A stretch of 64,000 nucleotides of DNA, taken from positions 1 to 64,000 of IMG/VR virus record IMGVR_UViG_638276483_000001. One strand, given 5' to 3'. Below are positions 9,877 through 17,674 of the stretch, piece by piece. The notes beneath the pieces were generated by a model that ran no database searches, was not told where the DNA came from, and saw nothing but the letters and a program-made list of their open reading frames with translations. The translations under genes were made by a program, and so were the position numbers. The DNA is from a virus. Taxonomy: Duplodnaviria; Caudoviricetes. Each line of letters opens with the position of its first letter. Positions within the stretch are counted from its first letter, which is position 1.

Positions 9877-11310
9877 ATGGAGAAGCACCTGGAAGAACTG
9901 CGCGCACTGCGCGCGGCGGCGGTTGAAGCAGTCGCCACCCTGAAGGCCGAGCGTCAGGCGATCGCCGACGGCGCCAAGGCTGAAGAGCGCGCCGCGCTGT
10001 CGGCCGACGAGACCGCCGAGTTCCGCGCCAAGAGCGCGTCGATCAAGGCTGAGCTCGACAAGGTCGAGGATCTCGATGAGCAGATCCGCGAGCTGGAGAG
10101 CGAAATCGAGCGCTCCGGCAAGCTGGAGGCCGAAACCAAGACGGTCCGCAAGGCCACCGTCGAGGTCAACGAGGCCCTGACCTACGAGAAGGGCAACGGC
10201 CAGTCGTACTTCCGCGACCTGGCGATGCAGACCGTTGGCATGGCCGACGAGCCGGCCAAGGAGCGCCTGCGCCGCCACATGGTCGACGTGGAGTCCGACA
10301 AGGAAATCCGCAAGATTGCCAAGGTCGGCGAGGAATACCGCGACCTGGACCGGAACGGTGGCACGGGTGGGTATGCGGTCCCGCCGTTGTGGATGATGAA
10401 CCGCTTCATCGAGCTCGCTCGCGCCGGGCGCACCTACGCGAATCTGTGCCCGACCGAGCCTCTGCCGGGCGGCACCTCTTCGATCAACATCCCGAAGATC
10501 CTCACCGGCACCTCGACCGCGATCCAGGCCGCGGACAACGCCGCGCTGACCGCCCCCAGCGCCCATGAGGTCGACCTGACGGACGGCTTCGTGCAGGCCA
10601 ACGTGAAGACCATCGCCGGTCAGCAGGGTATCGCGATCCAGCTCCTGGATCAGGCCGCTGTCTCGGTCGACGAGTTCGTCTTCCGGGATCTCGCCGCGGA
10701 CTACGCCAACAAGTTGAACGTCCAGGTCATCTCGGGCACCGGCTCGAACAACCAGGTCGTCGGCGTGCGCGCCACCGCCGGTATCACGCAGGTCACTGCC
10801 ACCAGCGCCGGCAGCGCCCTGGAGAAGCACCAGATCATCTACCAGAAGATCGCCGACGCGATCCAGCGTGTGCACACCTCGCGCTTCCTGGAGCCCGAGG
10901 TCATCGTGATGCACCCGCGTCGTTGGGCCTCGTTCCACGCGATCTTCGCCGGCGACGATCGTCCGCTGATCGTGCCGAGCGGCCCCGGGTTCAACAACCT
11001 GGGCGTGCTGACCGAGGTCGCCTCGCAGCGTGTCGTGGGCCAGATGCACGGCCTGCCGGTCGTGACCGACCCGACCCTGCCGACCACGCTGGGCACCGGA
11101 ACTGACCAGGACGTGATCCACGTTCTGCGCGCGTCCGACCTGGCGCTGTTCGAGTCGAGCGTGCGTATGCGCGCCCTGCAGGAGACCCGGGCCGAGAACC
11201 TGTCGGTCCTGCTGCAGGTCTACGGCTACCTCGCCTTCACCGCCGCCCGCTTCCCGCAGTCGGTCGTGGAGATCGGTGGCACCGCGCTGACGGCACCGAC
11301 CTTCGCCTAA
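9877..11310 (+). CDS. major capsid protein (HK97 fold)
   Basis: N-terminal coiled-coil delta domain, GGYAVP, GLPVVTD; strong codon bias. Confidence 0.95.
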   Translation: MEKHLEELRALRAAAVEAVATLKAERQAIADGAKAEERAALSADETAEFRAKSASIKAELDKVEDLDEQIRELESEIERSGKLEAETKTVRKATVEVNEALTYEKGNGQSYFRDLAMQTVGMADEPAKERLRRHMVDVESDKEIRKIAKVGEEYRDLDRNGGTGGYAVPPLWMMNRFIELARAGRTYANLCPTEPLPGGTSSINIPKILTGTSTAIQAADNAALTAPSAHEVDLTDGFVQANVKTIAGQQGIAIQLLDQAAVSVDEFVFRDLAADYANKLNVQVISGTGSNNQVVGVRATAGITQVTATSAGSALEKHQIIYQKIADAIQRVHTSRFLEPEVIVMHPRRWASFHAIFAGDDRPLIVPSGPGFNNLGVLTEVASQRVVGQMHGLPVVTDPTLPTTLGTGTDQDVIHVLRASDLALFESSVRMRALQETRAENLSVLLQVYGYLAFTAARFPQSVVEIGGTALTAPTFA

Positions 11311-11328
11311 TTAGGTCCAAGTGAGTGA

Positions 11329-11359
11329 CCGCCGGATGTCATATAGCGGGCATCCGGCG
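11329..11359 (+). terminator. hairpin after capsid gene
   Basis: cgccggatg...catccggcg inverted repeat. Confidence 0.5.
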
Positions 11360-11386
11360 ATCCTTGCGCAACAAGGGGGAACGCCA

Positions 11387-12706
11387 ATGGAGAGCGGTAT
11401 CGACCTCTCCGTCCTGATCTGCTCTACCCACACTCGGTGGGACAACTTCGGGCAAGCGATCCAGCGGCAGATCTGGCCGCAGTTTGAGGCGCTCGCCCCC
11501 GAAGATCAGGCTCGAGTGGAGATCATCCTCCTCACCGACAACAAACAGCTCATGCTGGGGGATAAGCGCAATGTCATGGTCGACATTGCGCAGGGGCGCT
11601 ACGTCGTTTTCATTGACGACGACGACCGCATCGAACCTGACTACCTATCAACACTTTTAAACGCGATCGACACCAGTCCGGGTGTCGACGTTGTCACCTT
11701 TCACGCCTCGGTCAGCCTGAATGGCGGGCCCCCGAAGATCTGTCGCTACTCCACGGGGTGGGTCGAGGATCACAACACCGAGGATGAGTACCACCGGCTG
11801 CCGAATCACATCTGCTGCATTCGGCGCGACCTCGCCCGCTCGGTGTCCTACCCGTCGGTGCGGCACCACGAAGACAGTGGCTACTCGAAAATCCTTGCGC
11901 CGCTATTAAAGACGGAACGTGCTTTGAATCGGGTGCTGTACCACTACGACTACAGCGCCGCGACCACCGAGGCTCAAACCCGCGAAGCCACCGTCATCCG
12001 CCGGCGCGAACTCCCACCGTTGGTGGACATCGTTTTTTTGTCGAACGCCAAAACCGACGAACTACGGGAGATGACACAGCACGCGGTAGATACCTGCCTG
12101 GCAGGTGCCAACGCGCTCCCGGTCAACATCATTGTCGTCGAGCAGCAGCCCGGCATCGGGTACGACAACGCCCAGACCATGTATCAAACGGGACCCTTCC
12201 GATACAACGCCTTCGCCAACCTCGGCGTCGCCACGGGCTCCGCAGAGTGGGTGGCGATCGCCAACAACGACCTCGTCTTCTCTAACGGCTGGCTGCACGC
12301 CCTTCTGGCGGCGGATTATCCGTTCGTCTCACCCAAATCTCCCAACGACGCTCGGCAGCAAGACATTACCCGGAACACCGTCGGAGATGTCACCGGTCGG
12401 CACCTCTCGGGCTGGTTCTTCATGATGCGCCGGGAACTGTGGGAGCGTATCGGCGGCTTCGACGAGGTCGTGGACTTCTGGTGCTCCGACGACGTGGTGA
12501 TCGAGCAGTGTCGCGCGGTGGACACGCTGCCCATGCTGGTGCCGAAGTCCGAGGTCGCCCATCTGGGGTCAAAGACGTTCACGACCGAAGATCCCGCGAA
12601 GTTCGACGACATGACCTGGCTGCAGATCAAGAAGTTCAGCGACAAGTACGGCCCGCATCGGTTCACCGTTGAACCGCAATACCGGGAATGGCTAGCGCGC
12701 CAATGA
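11387..12706 (+). CDS. glycosyltransferase (two GT2-like domains)
   Basis: LSVLIC...YVVFIDDDD and IANNDL...IGGFDE. Confidence 0.9.
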   Translation: MESGIDLSVLICSTHTRWDNFGQAIQRQIWPQFEALAPEDQARVEIILLTDNKQLMLGDKRNVMVDIAQGRYVVFIDDDDRIEPDYLSTLLNAIDTSPGVDVVTFHASVSLNGGPPKICRYSTGWVEDHNTEDEYHRLPNHICCIRRDLARSVSYPSVRHHEDSGYSKILAPLLKTERALNRVLYHYDYSAATTEAQTREATVIRRRELPPLVDIVFLSNAKTDELREMTQHAVDTCLAGANALPVNIIVVEQQPGIGYDNAQTMYQTGPFRYNAFANLGVATGSAEWVAIANNDLVFSNGWLHALLAADYPFVSPKSPNDARQQDITRNTVGDVTGRHLSGWFFMMRRELWERIGGFDEVVDFWCSDDVVIEQCRAVDTLPMLVPKSEVAHLGSKTFTTEDPAKFDDMTWLQIKKFSDKYGPHRFTVEPQYREWLARQ

Positions 12707-13248
12707 CCTTGCATGAAATCGGGCTGAGGCACGGCACCGACAAGGCCACCCATCACAAGTTCTGCGACTTCTATGAAGAGCACCTGCCCGGCCGAGACTT
12801 CTCGGGCCGGCTCCTGGAGATCGGCATCATGCACGGCGCCAGCCTCCGAACGTGGGCCGAGTATTACCCGAACGCCGAGATCGTGGGCATCGACACCTTC
12901 GACAAGAGCTACCTGAACCTCCCGAACAACGTCTCCGTTGTCCACGGAGACGCCACCGATCACCACGTCACGGCGCCGCTTGGGACGTTCGACATCATCG
13001 TCGACGACGGTTCGCACCTCACCAGTGACCAGCAGGTGTCGTTTCTGTGGCTGTACTACAACCAGCTCGCGGACGGCGGCATCTACATTCTCGAAGACCT
13101 TCACACATCCCTGCCCGGATACCCCGGACCCTACGTGGATAGCAAGGTCCTCCCGGTCGAAATGCTTGAGCGCCAAGGCGTCGACTTCCGGCTCTACCGC
13201 CGCGACCCTGACGAATTGGACAGCATGACGTCGGTCATCTTCAAGTAG
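12703..13248 (+). CDS. SAM-dependent methyltransferase
   Basis: GTDK, LLEIGI, FDIIVDDGSH, GGIYILED. Confidence 0.88.
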   Translation: MTLHEIGLRHGTDKATHHKFCDFYEEHLPGRDFSGRLLEIGIMHGASLRTWAEYYPNAEIVGIDTFDKSYLNLPNNVSVVHGDATDHHVTAPLGTFDIIVDDGSHLTSDQQVSFLWLYYNQLADGGIYILEDLHTSLPGYPGPYVDSKVLPVEMLERQGVDFRLYRRDPDELDSMTSVIFK

Positions 13249-13336
13249 GGGAACAATCCTAAAGAAGCTAACCGCCCTGCTTCTGCTGGGCGGTATTTTC
13301 GCATTCCTCGCGGCGCCCGCCCTCACCGATCCATGG

Positions 13337-13846
13337 GTGATCAAGACGGTTTTCAGCCGCGAGAGACCGACGGTGATGGATGAAATCGCCGAGGCCGTCA
13401 ACGACGTCGCGCAGGCCTATCCGGAGGTGCGGGGCATCGAAGTCCGCGCCGAAGCGATCGATCCACACGTCTACGGATACGCCAGGGGCGGCAAGCTCAT
13501 CATGTTCAACAAAACCTACACCAGCAACCCGGAGCGATTCCGGAAGCTGGTGGAGAACGACATCACCCTCGGGTTCCACCCGGAGTTAGGGAGATGCTCG
13601 CACGCTGAACTGCTGGCGTACCATGAGGCCGCCCATGTAATCGATCAGAAGCGGCACCTGAAGCCGCGCGTGGCGTTTGCCGAGAAGTATGGCCGCGGCG
13701 AAATCCTCCGAGGAACACTCTCCGGCTATTCCTTCACCACGGATGGGCGCCTAGCCCACGGGGAGGCCTTGGCGGAGGCTTTCGCCGCCACGCTGTGCGG
13801 CAGCGCCAACGATACGGAGCGCGACATCTTCGCGTTCTTCAACTAG
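13337..13846 (+). CDS. putative zinc metallopeptidase
   Basis: HEAAH motif followed by EALAEAF. Confidence 0.6.
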   Translation: MIKTVFSRERPTVMDEIAEAVNDVAQAYPEVRGIEVRAEAIDPHVYGYARGGKLIMFNKTYTSNPERFRKLVENDITLGFHPELGRCSHAELLAYHEAAHVIDQKRHLKPRVAFAEKYGRGEILRGTLSGYSFTTDGRLAHGEALAEAFAATLCGSANDTERDIFAFFN

Positions 13847-13855
13847 GGGAACACT

Positions 13856-14161
13856 ATGGAAGACGATACGGAAGCAATCGTCGAGGTGGCGATGGAAACC
13901 GCCGACGAGAAGGGCGTGCCGATCGTCTTGCTCGGCGGGGCGCCCAACCACCCGATTGCGGACCTACTCCGCATGAGCGGGGCCCAGTTCCTGCACGCCC
14001 AAGACATGAGCTGCACGCCGCGGGCGGTCTACATCATCGCCGAGCCGCGCTACGGCGAGTATCGCTTCGCCACGGGATCGGTCGTGCTCGACCAATTCGC
14101 CAGTATCGCCGATCAGCCCGGGGTAACGGTGCACCGCAAAGAAGTCTTGGTGGACGACTAA
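13856..14161 (+). CDS. hypothetical protein
   Basis: AGGGG RBS, in operon. Confidence 0.65.
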   Translation: MEDDTEAIVEVAMETADEKGVPIVLLGGAPNHPIADLLRMSGAQFLHAQDMSCTPRAVYIIAEPRYGEYRFATGSVVLDQFASIADQPGVTVHRKEVLVDD

Positions 14162-14207
14162 AAAACCACCGAGCCGGCGGGGGATTGGGGCGCATCGGCT
14201 CGGTGGT
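14160..14207 (-). terminator. intrinsic terminator closing the TIGR cassette (possibly bidirectional)
   Basis: accaccgagccg...cggctcggtggt stem preceded on + by an A-run (U-tract on -). Confidence 0.7.
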
Positions 14208-14215
14208 CCGTTTTA

Positions 14216-14267
14216 TCGCAACGGGCGCATCGACCATGGGTGCCGGACATGCACTGGCCCGCTGCGA
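14216..14267 (-). ncRNA. TIGR stem-loop unit U1
   Basis: Minus strand TCGCAGCGGGCCA-GTGCATGTC-CGGCACCCA-TGGTCGATG-CGCCCGTTGCGA. Confidence 0.8.
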
Positions 14268-14378
14268 AGTCTTGAGTTTTAGTGGTCGCCGGACTGAGTG
14301 TGGAAGCGTCCGGCGACCGTAACCTTCGGGCCCAGGCTTGAAATCGGTTTAATCGGGTTAACCCTCCGGCTACGTTTC

Positions 14379-14407
14379 AGTGTAGTGCAGTGTGGCCGCT
14401 TGTGCAA
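14379..14407 (-). promoter_or_regulatory. SigA-like promoter P2 for TIGR unit U1
   Basis: TTGCAC-17 nt-TACACT on minus strand. Confidence 0.65.
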
Positions 14408-14439
14408 CCCACTGCGATAGATTTTTTAGGAGACCTTGC

Positions 14440-14601
14440 ATGAGTAACGTTCGCCAGCGGATGGAGGAGTACCTTGACCAGGGTGGATTCGGCGGAGTTA
14501 AGCCTGAGCACCGGGAGGGCATGTTGGACATCTTGGAGATGTTCGGCAACATCGTCCGCGAGGACTGGGACTCCTGGTCCGAGTATCTCAAGGGGGTTTA
14601 G
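14440..14601 (+). CDS. small hypothetical protein (53 aa) inside TIGR cassette
   Basis: AGGAG RBS; MSNVRQRMEEYLDQGGFGG... Confidence 0.65.
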   Translation: MSNVRQRMEEYLDQGGFGGVKPEHREGMLDILEMFGNIVREDWDSWSEYLKGV

Positions 14602-14774
14602 GTTCACCGGCCGCGGAGCCTTCTTGGGTGTCGCGGGGGATATGGCGACCGGTGAACCGTTCACGACTAGGCGTGTAGCTTTTGGGCGTCGACCGTGCGG
14701 CAGGCCCAGTCGCGAGGTTTAATGCCGCCGGGCGCGTCTGCCTTGGGTGTCGAGCCTCCTCTGGCCCGGCGGCA
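14601..14774 (-). ncRNA. TIGR stem-loop array, units U2-U4
   Basis: Hairpins 14601-14658, 14661-14715, 14723-14774, each with loop repeat CGAC(A/G)CCCA between two ~9-nt spacers. Confidence 0.88.
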
Positions 14775-14780
14775 AGTCTT

Positions 14781-15554
14781 TCATGCGGCCTGCGGAAGCT
14801 CCACGGCCTCGTGGAGCCGCTTCGACTCGCGCCACAAATCTCTCAGGATCTCTTTGCCCATCTTCCGCAGCGCCCGAGCGTGCTTGTGGCCATCGGACAG
14901 GGGGGACCCCGCCAGAGCGGGCTTACCCTTCGGGCCGCACCGTACGCAATCCTTGCCGTGTACCGCGTTGGCGTATTGCTCCTTCGCTGCATAGTAGACG
15001 TCGGCGTAATGCCCTTGGGCCTTGAGGCAGGCCCCGGTAATGTTCCACAGGCGCATCCGCGCCACGTCGTTCCAGTTGCCCTGGACACCTTTCATGTGCC
15101 GCGGCGCGGCGCCGTTGACCACGTGATAACCGCAGTAGGCCCACAGCTCGGAGACGGTGCGCGGCCGATCGTACGGCACCATGACCGGATCGCCGTTTTT
15201 GTCTTTCTCGCCCGTCTCATAGAACCCGCTATGCCAGTACGGGTCGCCCGTCTTGGCGAGTAGCCGGCCAGCTTGCTTGTAGCCGATGCCTTTTTGCGCG
15301 GTGATCCAATCCCCGAGGGGGTGGGCTTTCACGGAGCGCTCAAGATTCTTGATCATCGACTTTTCGCGCTCTTGGAGTTGCTCGACGTGGGCGCGCACCT
15401 GGATAACAGTCGGGTCGTCTTCGCGCAGTCCGTAGCCGTTGTTTTCTGTGTCGGTCAGTGACCGGAGGCGGTTTTCTGCGGCGATGCGGATGTCCTCGAT
15501 GTCGTCGAGGAGTTCGGCAAGAATGCCGATGTTCGTGGTGCTGAAGGGTTTCAT
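14781..15554 (-). CDS. Nop-domain TIGR-associated protein (TasA-like, no RuvC/HNH)
   Basis: Coiled coil RIAAENRL; KGIG...AGRLLA; SELWAYCG; GNWN..AR..LW; HARALRKMGKEILRDLW, the IS110/Nop C-terminal signature; no DEDD domain; flanked by dual-spacer arrays. Confidence 0.85.
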   Translation of the reverse strand: MKPFSTTNIGILAELLDDIEDIRIAAENRLRSLTDTENNGYGLREDDPTVIQVRAHVEQLQEREKSMIKNLERSVKAHPLGDWITAQKGIGYKQAGRLLAKTGDPYWHSGFYETGEKDKNGDPVMVPYDRPRTVSELWAYCGYHVVNGAAPRHMKGVQGNWNDVARMRLWNITGACLKAQGHYADVYYAAKEQYANAVHGKDCVRCGPKGKPALAGSPLSDGHKHARALRKMGKEILRDLWRESKRLHEAVELPQAA

Positions 15555-15575
15555 GGGTTTCTCTTTTCTCTGGGG

Positions 15576-15802
15576 TTCACCCCCCGGCGTTACCCAATAG
15601 GGTTCCGATAGAGAAATGGCCGAGCGGTGAAGTTTGGTTGACGGGGCGGGTGAACATTGGGTGTCGAAGATCAGTTGACCCCGTCAGGTTTGGTTGCCGC
15701 CCGCGGTACAGCTTTGGGTGTCGAGTCTGGCCTGGCCCGGCGGCAAGTTTGATGCGGCGGGCGAGGATGCCCTGGGTGTCGGACGCGCAATAGCCCGCCG
15801 CA
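15576..15802 (-). ncRNA. TIGR stem-loop array, units U5-U8
   Basis: Hairpins 15576-15631, 15639-15686, 15694-15746, 15753-15802 with the same 9+9 nt architecture. Confidence 0.9.
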
Positions 15803-15808
15803 AATCTG

Positions 15809-16309
15809 TTATTCGACCGGGCCGCTCAGTTCGCCGACGGTCTCCACATTCTCAAGCTCCATCTTGGCCAGTACGCGGGCCCAGTAATCAGCATCGGCGT
15901 TCGCAGCTTCAGCGGCCATGCGCCGGGACTCGATCAGGAACTTCACGTCATCGTGATTCAACTCTTTGATGATGACATAGCCACGGTCGGTCCCTATCTG
16001 CTTCTCCAGGAACTTCGCCCACGGGTTTTCTTCCGCATAAGCCTTGGTGCGATTTGATTTGTTTGCCTTCCCGCTGCGCACGGCCCCGCCGCCAGCTCGA
16101 CGCACATCGTTGAGCGCGGCATTTCGCTCATTGCCGATGAAGATGCGGATCTGCGGGGGGAGTGACTTGATGAAGAAGTCGCGAATCAAATGGTCGGGGG
16201 TGGCGTCGGCCACCTTCTCGGCCAATTCCCAGACGTCGGTGACGTCGGGGTTGTCGGCGATCACCTCTCGGATGGCGTCGTTGAGCGTGATTTCAGTTGC
16301 TGCGGTCAT
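15809..16309 (-). CDS. TIGR-cassette accessory protein of unknown function (166 aa)
   Basis: MTAATEITL...; shares a 17-nt leader with the tas gene; lies between arrays. Confidence 0.8.
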   Translation of the reverse strand: MTAATEITLNDAIREVIADNPDVTDVWELAEKVADATPDHLIRDFFIKSLPPQIRIFIGNERNAALNDVRRAGGGAVRSGKANKSNRTKAYAEENPWAKFLEKQIGTDRGYVIIKELNHDDVKFLIESRRMAAEAANADADYWARVLAKMELENVETVGELSGPVE

Positions 16310-16334
16310 GCGTTTCTCTTTTCTCTGGCTGGTT

Positions 16335-16568
16335 TTCACCGGCGGCGCTTGTAGCTTGGGTGTCGGGAACTCTCTGGCCGCCGGTGAAGCTTGGTCGCAG
16401 CGGGCGAGGAAGTTTTGGGTGTCGCCGCAACCTTGGCCCGCTGCGAAGCTTGGTGCCGGGGCGGCCCGAAGATGGGTGTCGCGTCGGATTTGGCCCCGGC
16501 AAATCTGTGGAGTTGTAACGCGGCGGGCGGGACTTCCTTGGGGGTCGAGAACCCGTTGGCCCGCCGCG
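16335..16568 (-). ncRNA. TIGR stem-loop array, units U9-U12
   Basis: Hairpins 16335-16388, 16395-16446, 16454-16501, 16519-16568. Confidence 0.9.
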
Positions 16569-16576
16569 ATGCCCCA

Positions 16577-16605
16577 ACCCTACCGCAGTGCGCTGGGCGG
16601 CGCAA
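16577..16605 (-). promoter_or_regulatory. SigA-like promoter P1 for the TIGR-Tas cassette
   Basis: TTGCGC-17 nt-TAGGGT; predicted start site ~16570 abuts the first unit. Confidence 0.65.
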
Positions 16606-16695
16606 TACACTGCGATGAACTTTTTCTTAAACTACCCGGGACCGAGGTTGACCTGGACTTTTCGACCTCAGCACACAAGCAAGGGGAACTGCTTC

Positions 16696-17424
16696 GTGCG
16701 AATCATCGGCATGTTGAGCTGGTATCAAGAGCCCGTTTCATGGCTCGCCGAGTGCGTGTCGGCGCTCTCCAAGATTTCCGACCACGTCGTCGCGGTTGAT
16801 GGGCCCTACTGGGGCTTCCCCGGCGCCGTGTTGAAGCCCGCCAGCGGCCCCGAACAGGCCGACGTCATCGCCCGCACCGCGGCCGGACTGGGTATGGGCT
16901 GCACCATCCATGCCCCACGCAAGCCCTGGTCGGGCCCAAACGGCGGCGAGGTCGCCAAGCGCGACTGGATGATGCAGGCCGCGATGCTGGTCGCAGAGCC
17001 GGGCGATTGGCTGCTGCGCGTGGACGCCGACGAGGTGTTCACCGCCGTCCCGGGTGACGTAAAGCAGCGCCTAGCCGAAACCGACAAGCACGTCGCCGAA
17101 GTAATGCTCTGGGAGCGCGAGGCCGAGGATTCCGTCAATCGAGTGGTCGATGTCGGCGACGACTACGAATCACCGCTGCGCTGCCTGTTCCGCGCAATCC
17201 CCGGCATCCGCATCGAGGGCGCGCACTTCGTTGTCTCCGCCCCCGTGGAGGGCGAGCGGAGATTCCTCGTCGGTCACAATACGGTGCCCGCAGAGTCCTT
17301 GTGGGATGTCCGCCTGGAGCACCGCACCCGACTTCGTTCACCCGGCCGCAAGCGCCTGAAGAACGAATACAGCCCACTGATCAATCAATTCGAGAAGGTC
17401 GAGGATACGCCTCGCAATGACTAG
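16696..17424 (+). CDS. glycosyltransferase (GT2-like)
   Basis: VVAVDG, DWLLRVDADE; AAGGGG RBS before GTG. Confidence 0.8.
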   Translation: MRIIGMLSWYQEPVSWLAECVSALSKISDHVVAVDGPYWGFPGAVLKPASGPEQADVIARTAAGLGMGCTIHAPRKPWSGPNGGEVAKRDWMMQAAMLVAEPGDWLLRVDADEVFTAVPGDVKQRLAETDKHVAEVMLWEREAEDSVNRVVDVGDDYESPLRCLFRAIPGIRIEGAHFVVSAPVEGERRFLVGHNTVPAESLWDVRLEHRTRLRSPGRKRLKNEYSPLINQFEKVEDTPRND

Positions 17425-17674
17425 CCCTATTCGAGATATCAAAGCAGATTACATCGCCGCGCTCCTGGCTGAGCGCGCCTCCTACTTGAGCGCCGGCCGC
17501 GCCGATCGCGCCGACGATGTTGCCGCCGAGCTCGCCCGAATGGGCCACGAGGTTCGGCCCGCCAAGCGGCCCGCGCCGGAACCCGTGGAGCGCGCCGTTG
17601 CCGACGAGCCGCTCGAGCAGGCCGTCGAAGCCGCTCCTAAGCGCCGCCGCGGGCGGCCCCCGAAAGGTGAGTGA
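17417..17674 (+). CDS. hypothetical virion-region protein
   Basis: In operon; C-terminal KRRRGRPPK. Confidence 0.7.
   Translation: MTSPIRDIKADYIAALLAERASYLSAGRADRADDVAAELARMGHEVRPAKRPAPEPVERAVADEPLEQAVEAAPKRRRGRPPKGE

Noticed and set aside
9877-11310. Group I intron in capsid or tail genes, as reported in some cluster J phages
   Set aside because: Capsid and minor tail ORFs are continuous here.
14781-15554. IS110 transposase / insertion sequence
   Set aside because: Lacks the N-terminal DEDD RuvC domain and the catalytic SG motif. It is surrounded by many distinct dual-spacer hairpins rather than a single bridge RNA.
14601-16568. CRISPR array or clustered terminators/REP elements
   Set aside because: No 25-40 nt direct repeats or cas genes. 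Stems vary, while a 9-nt loop motif and 9-nt spacing are fixed, which terminators do not require.
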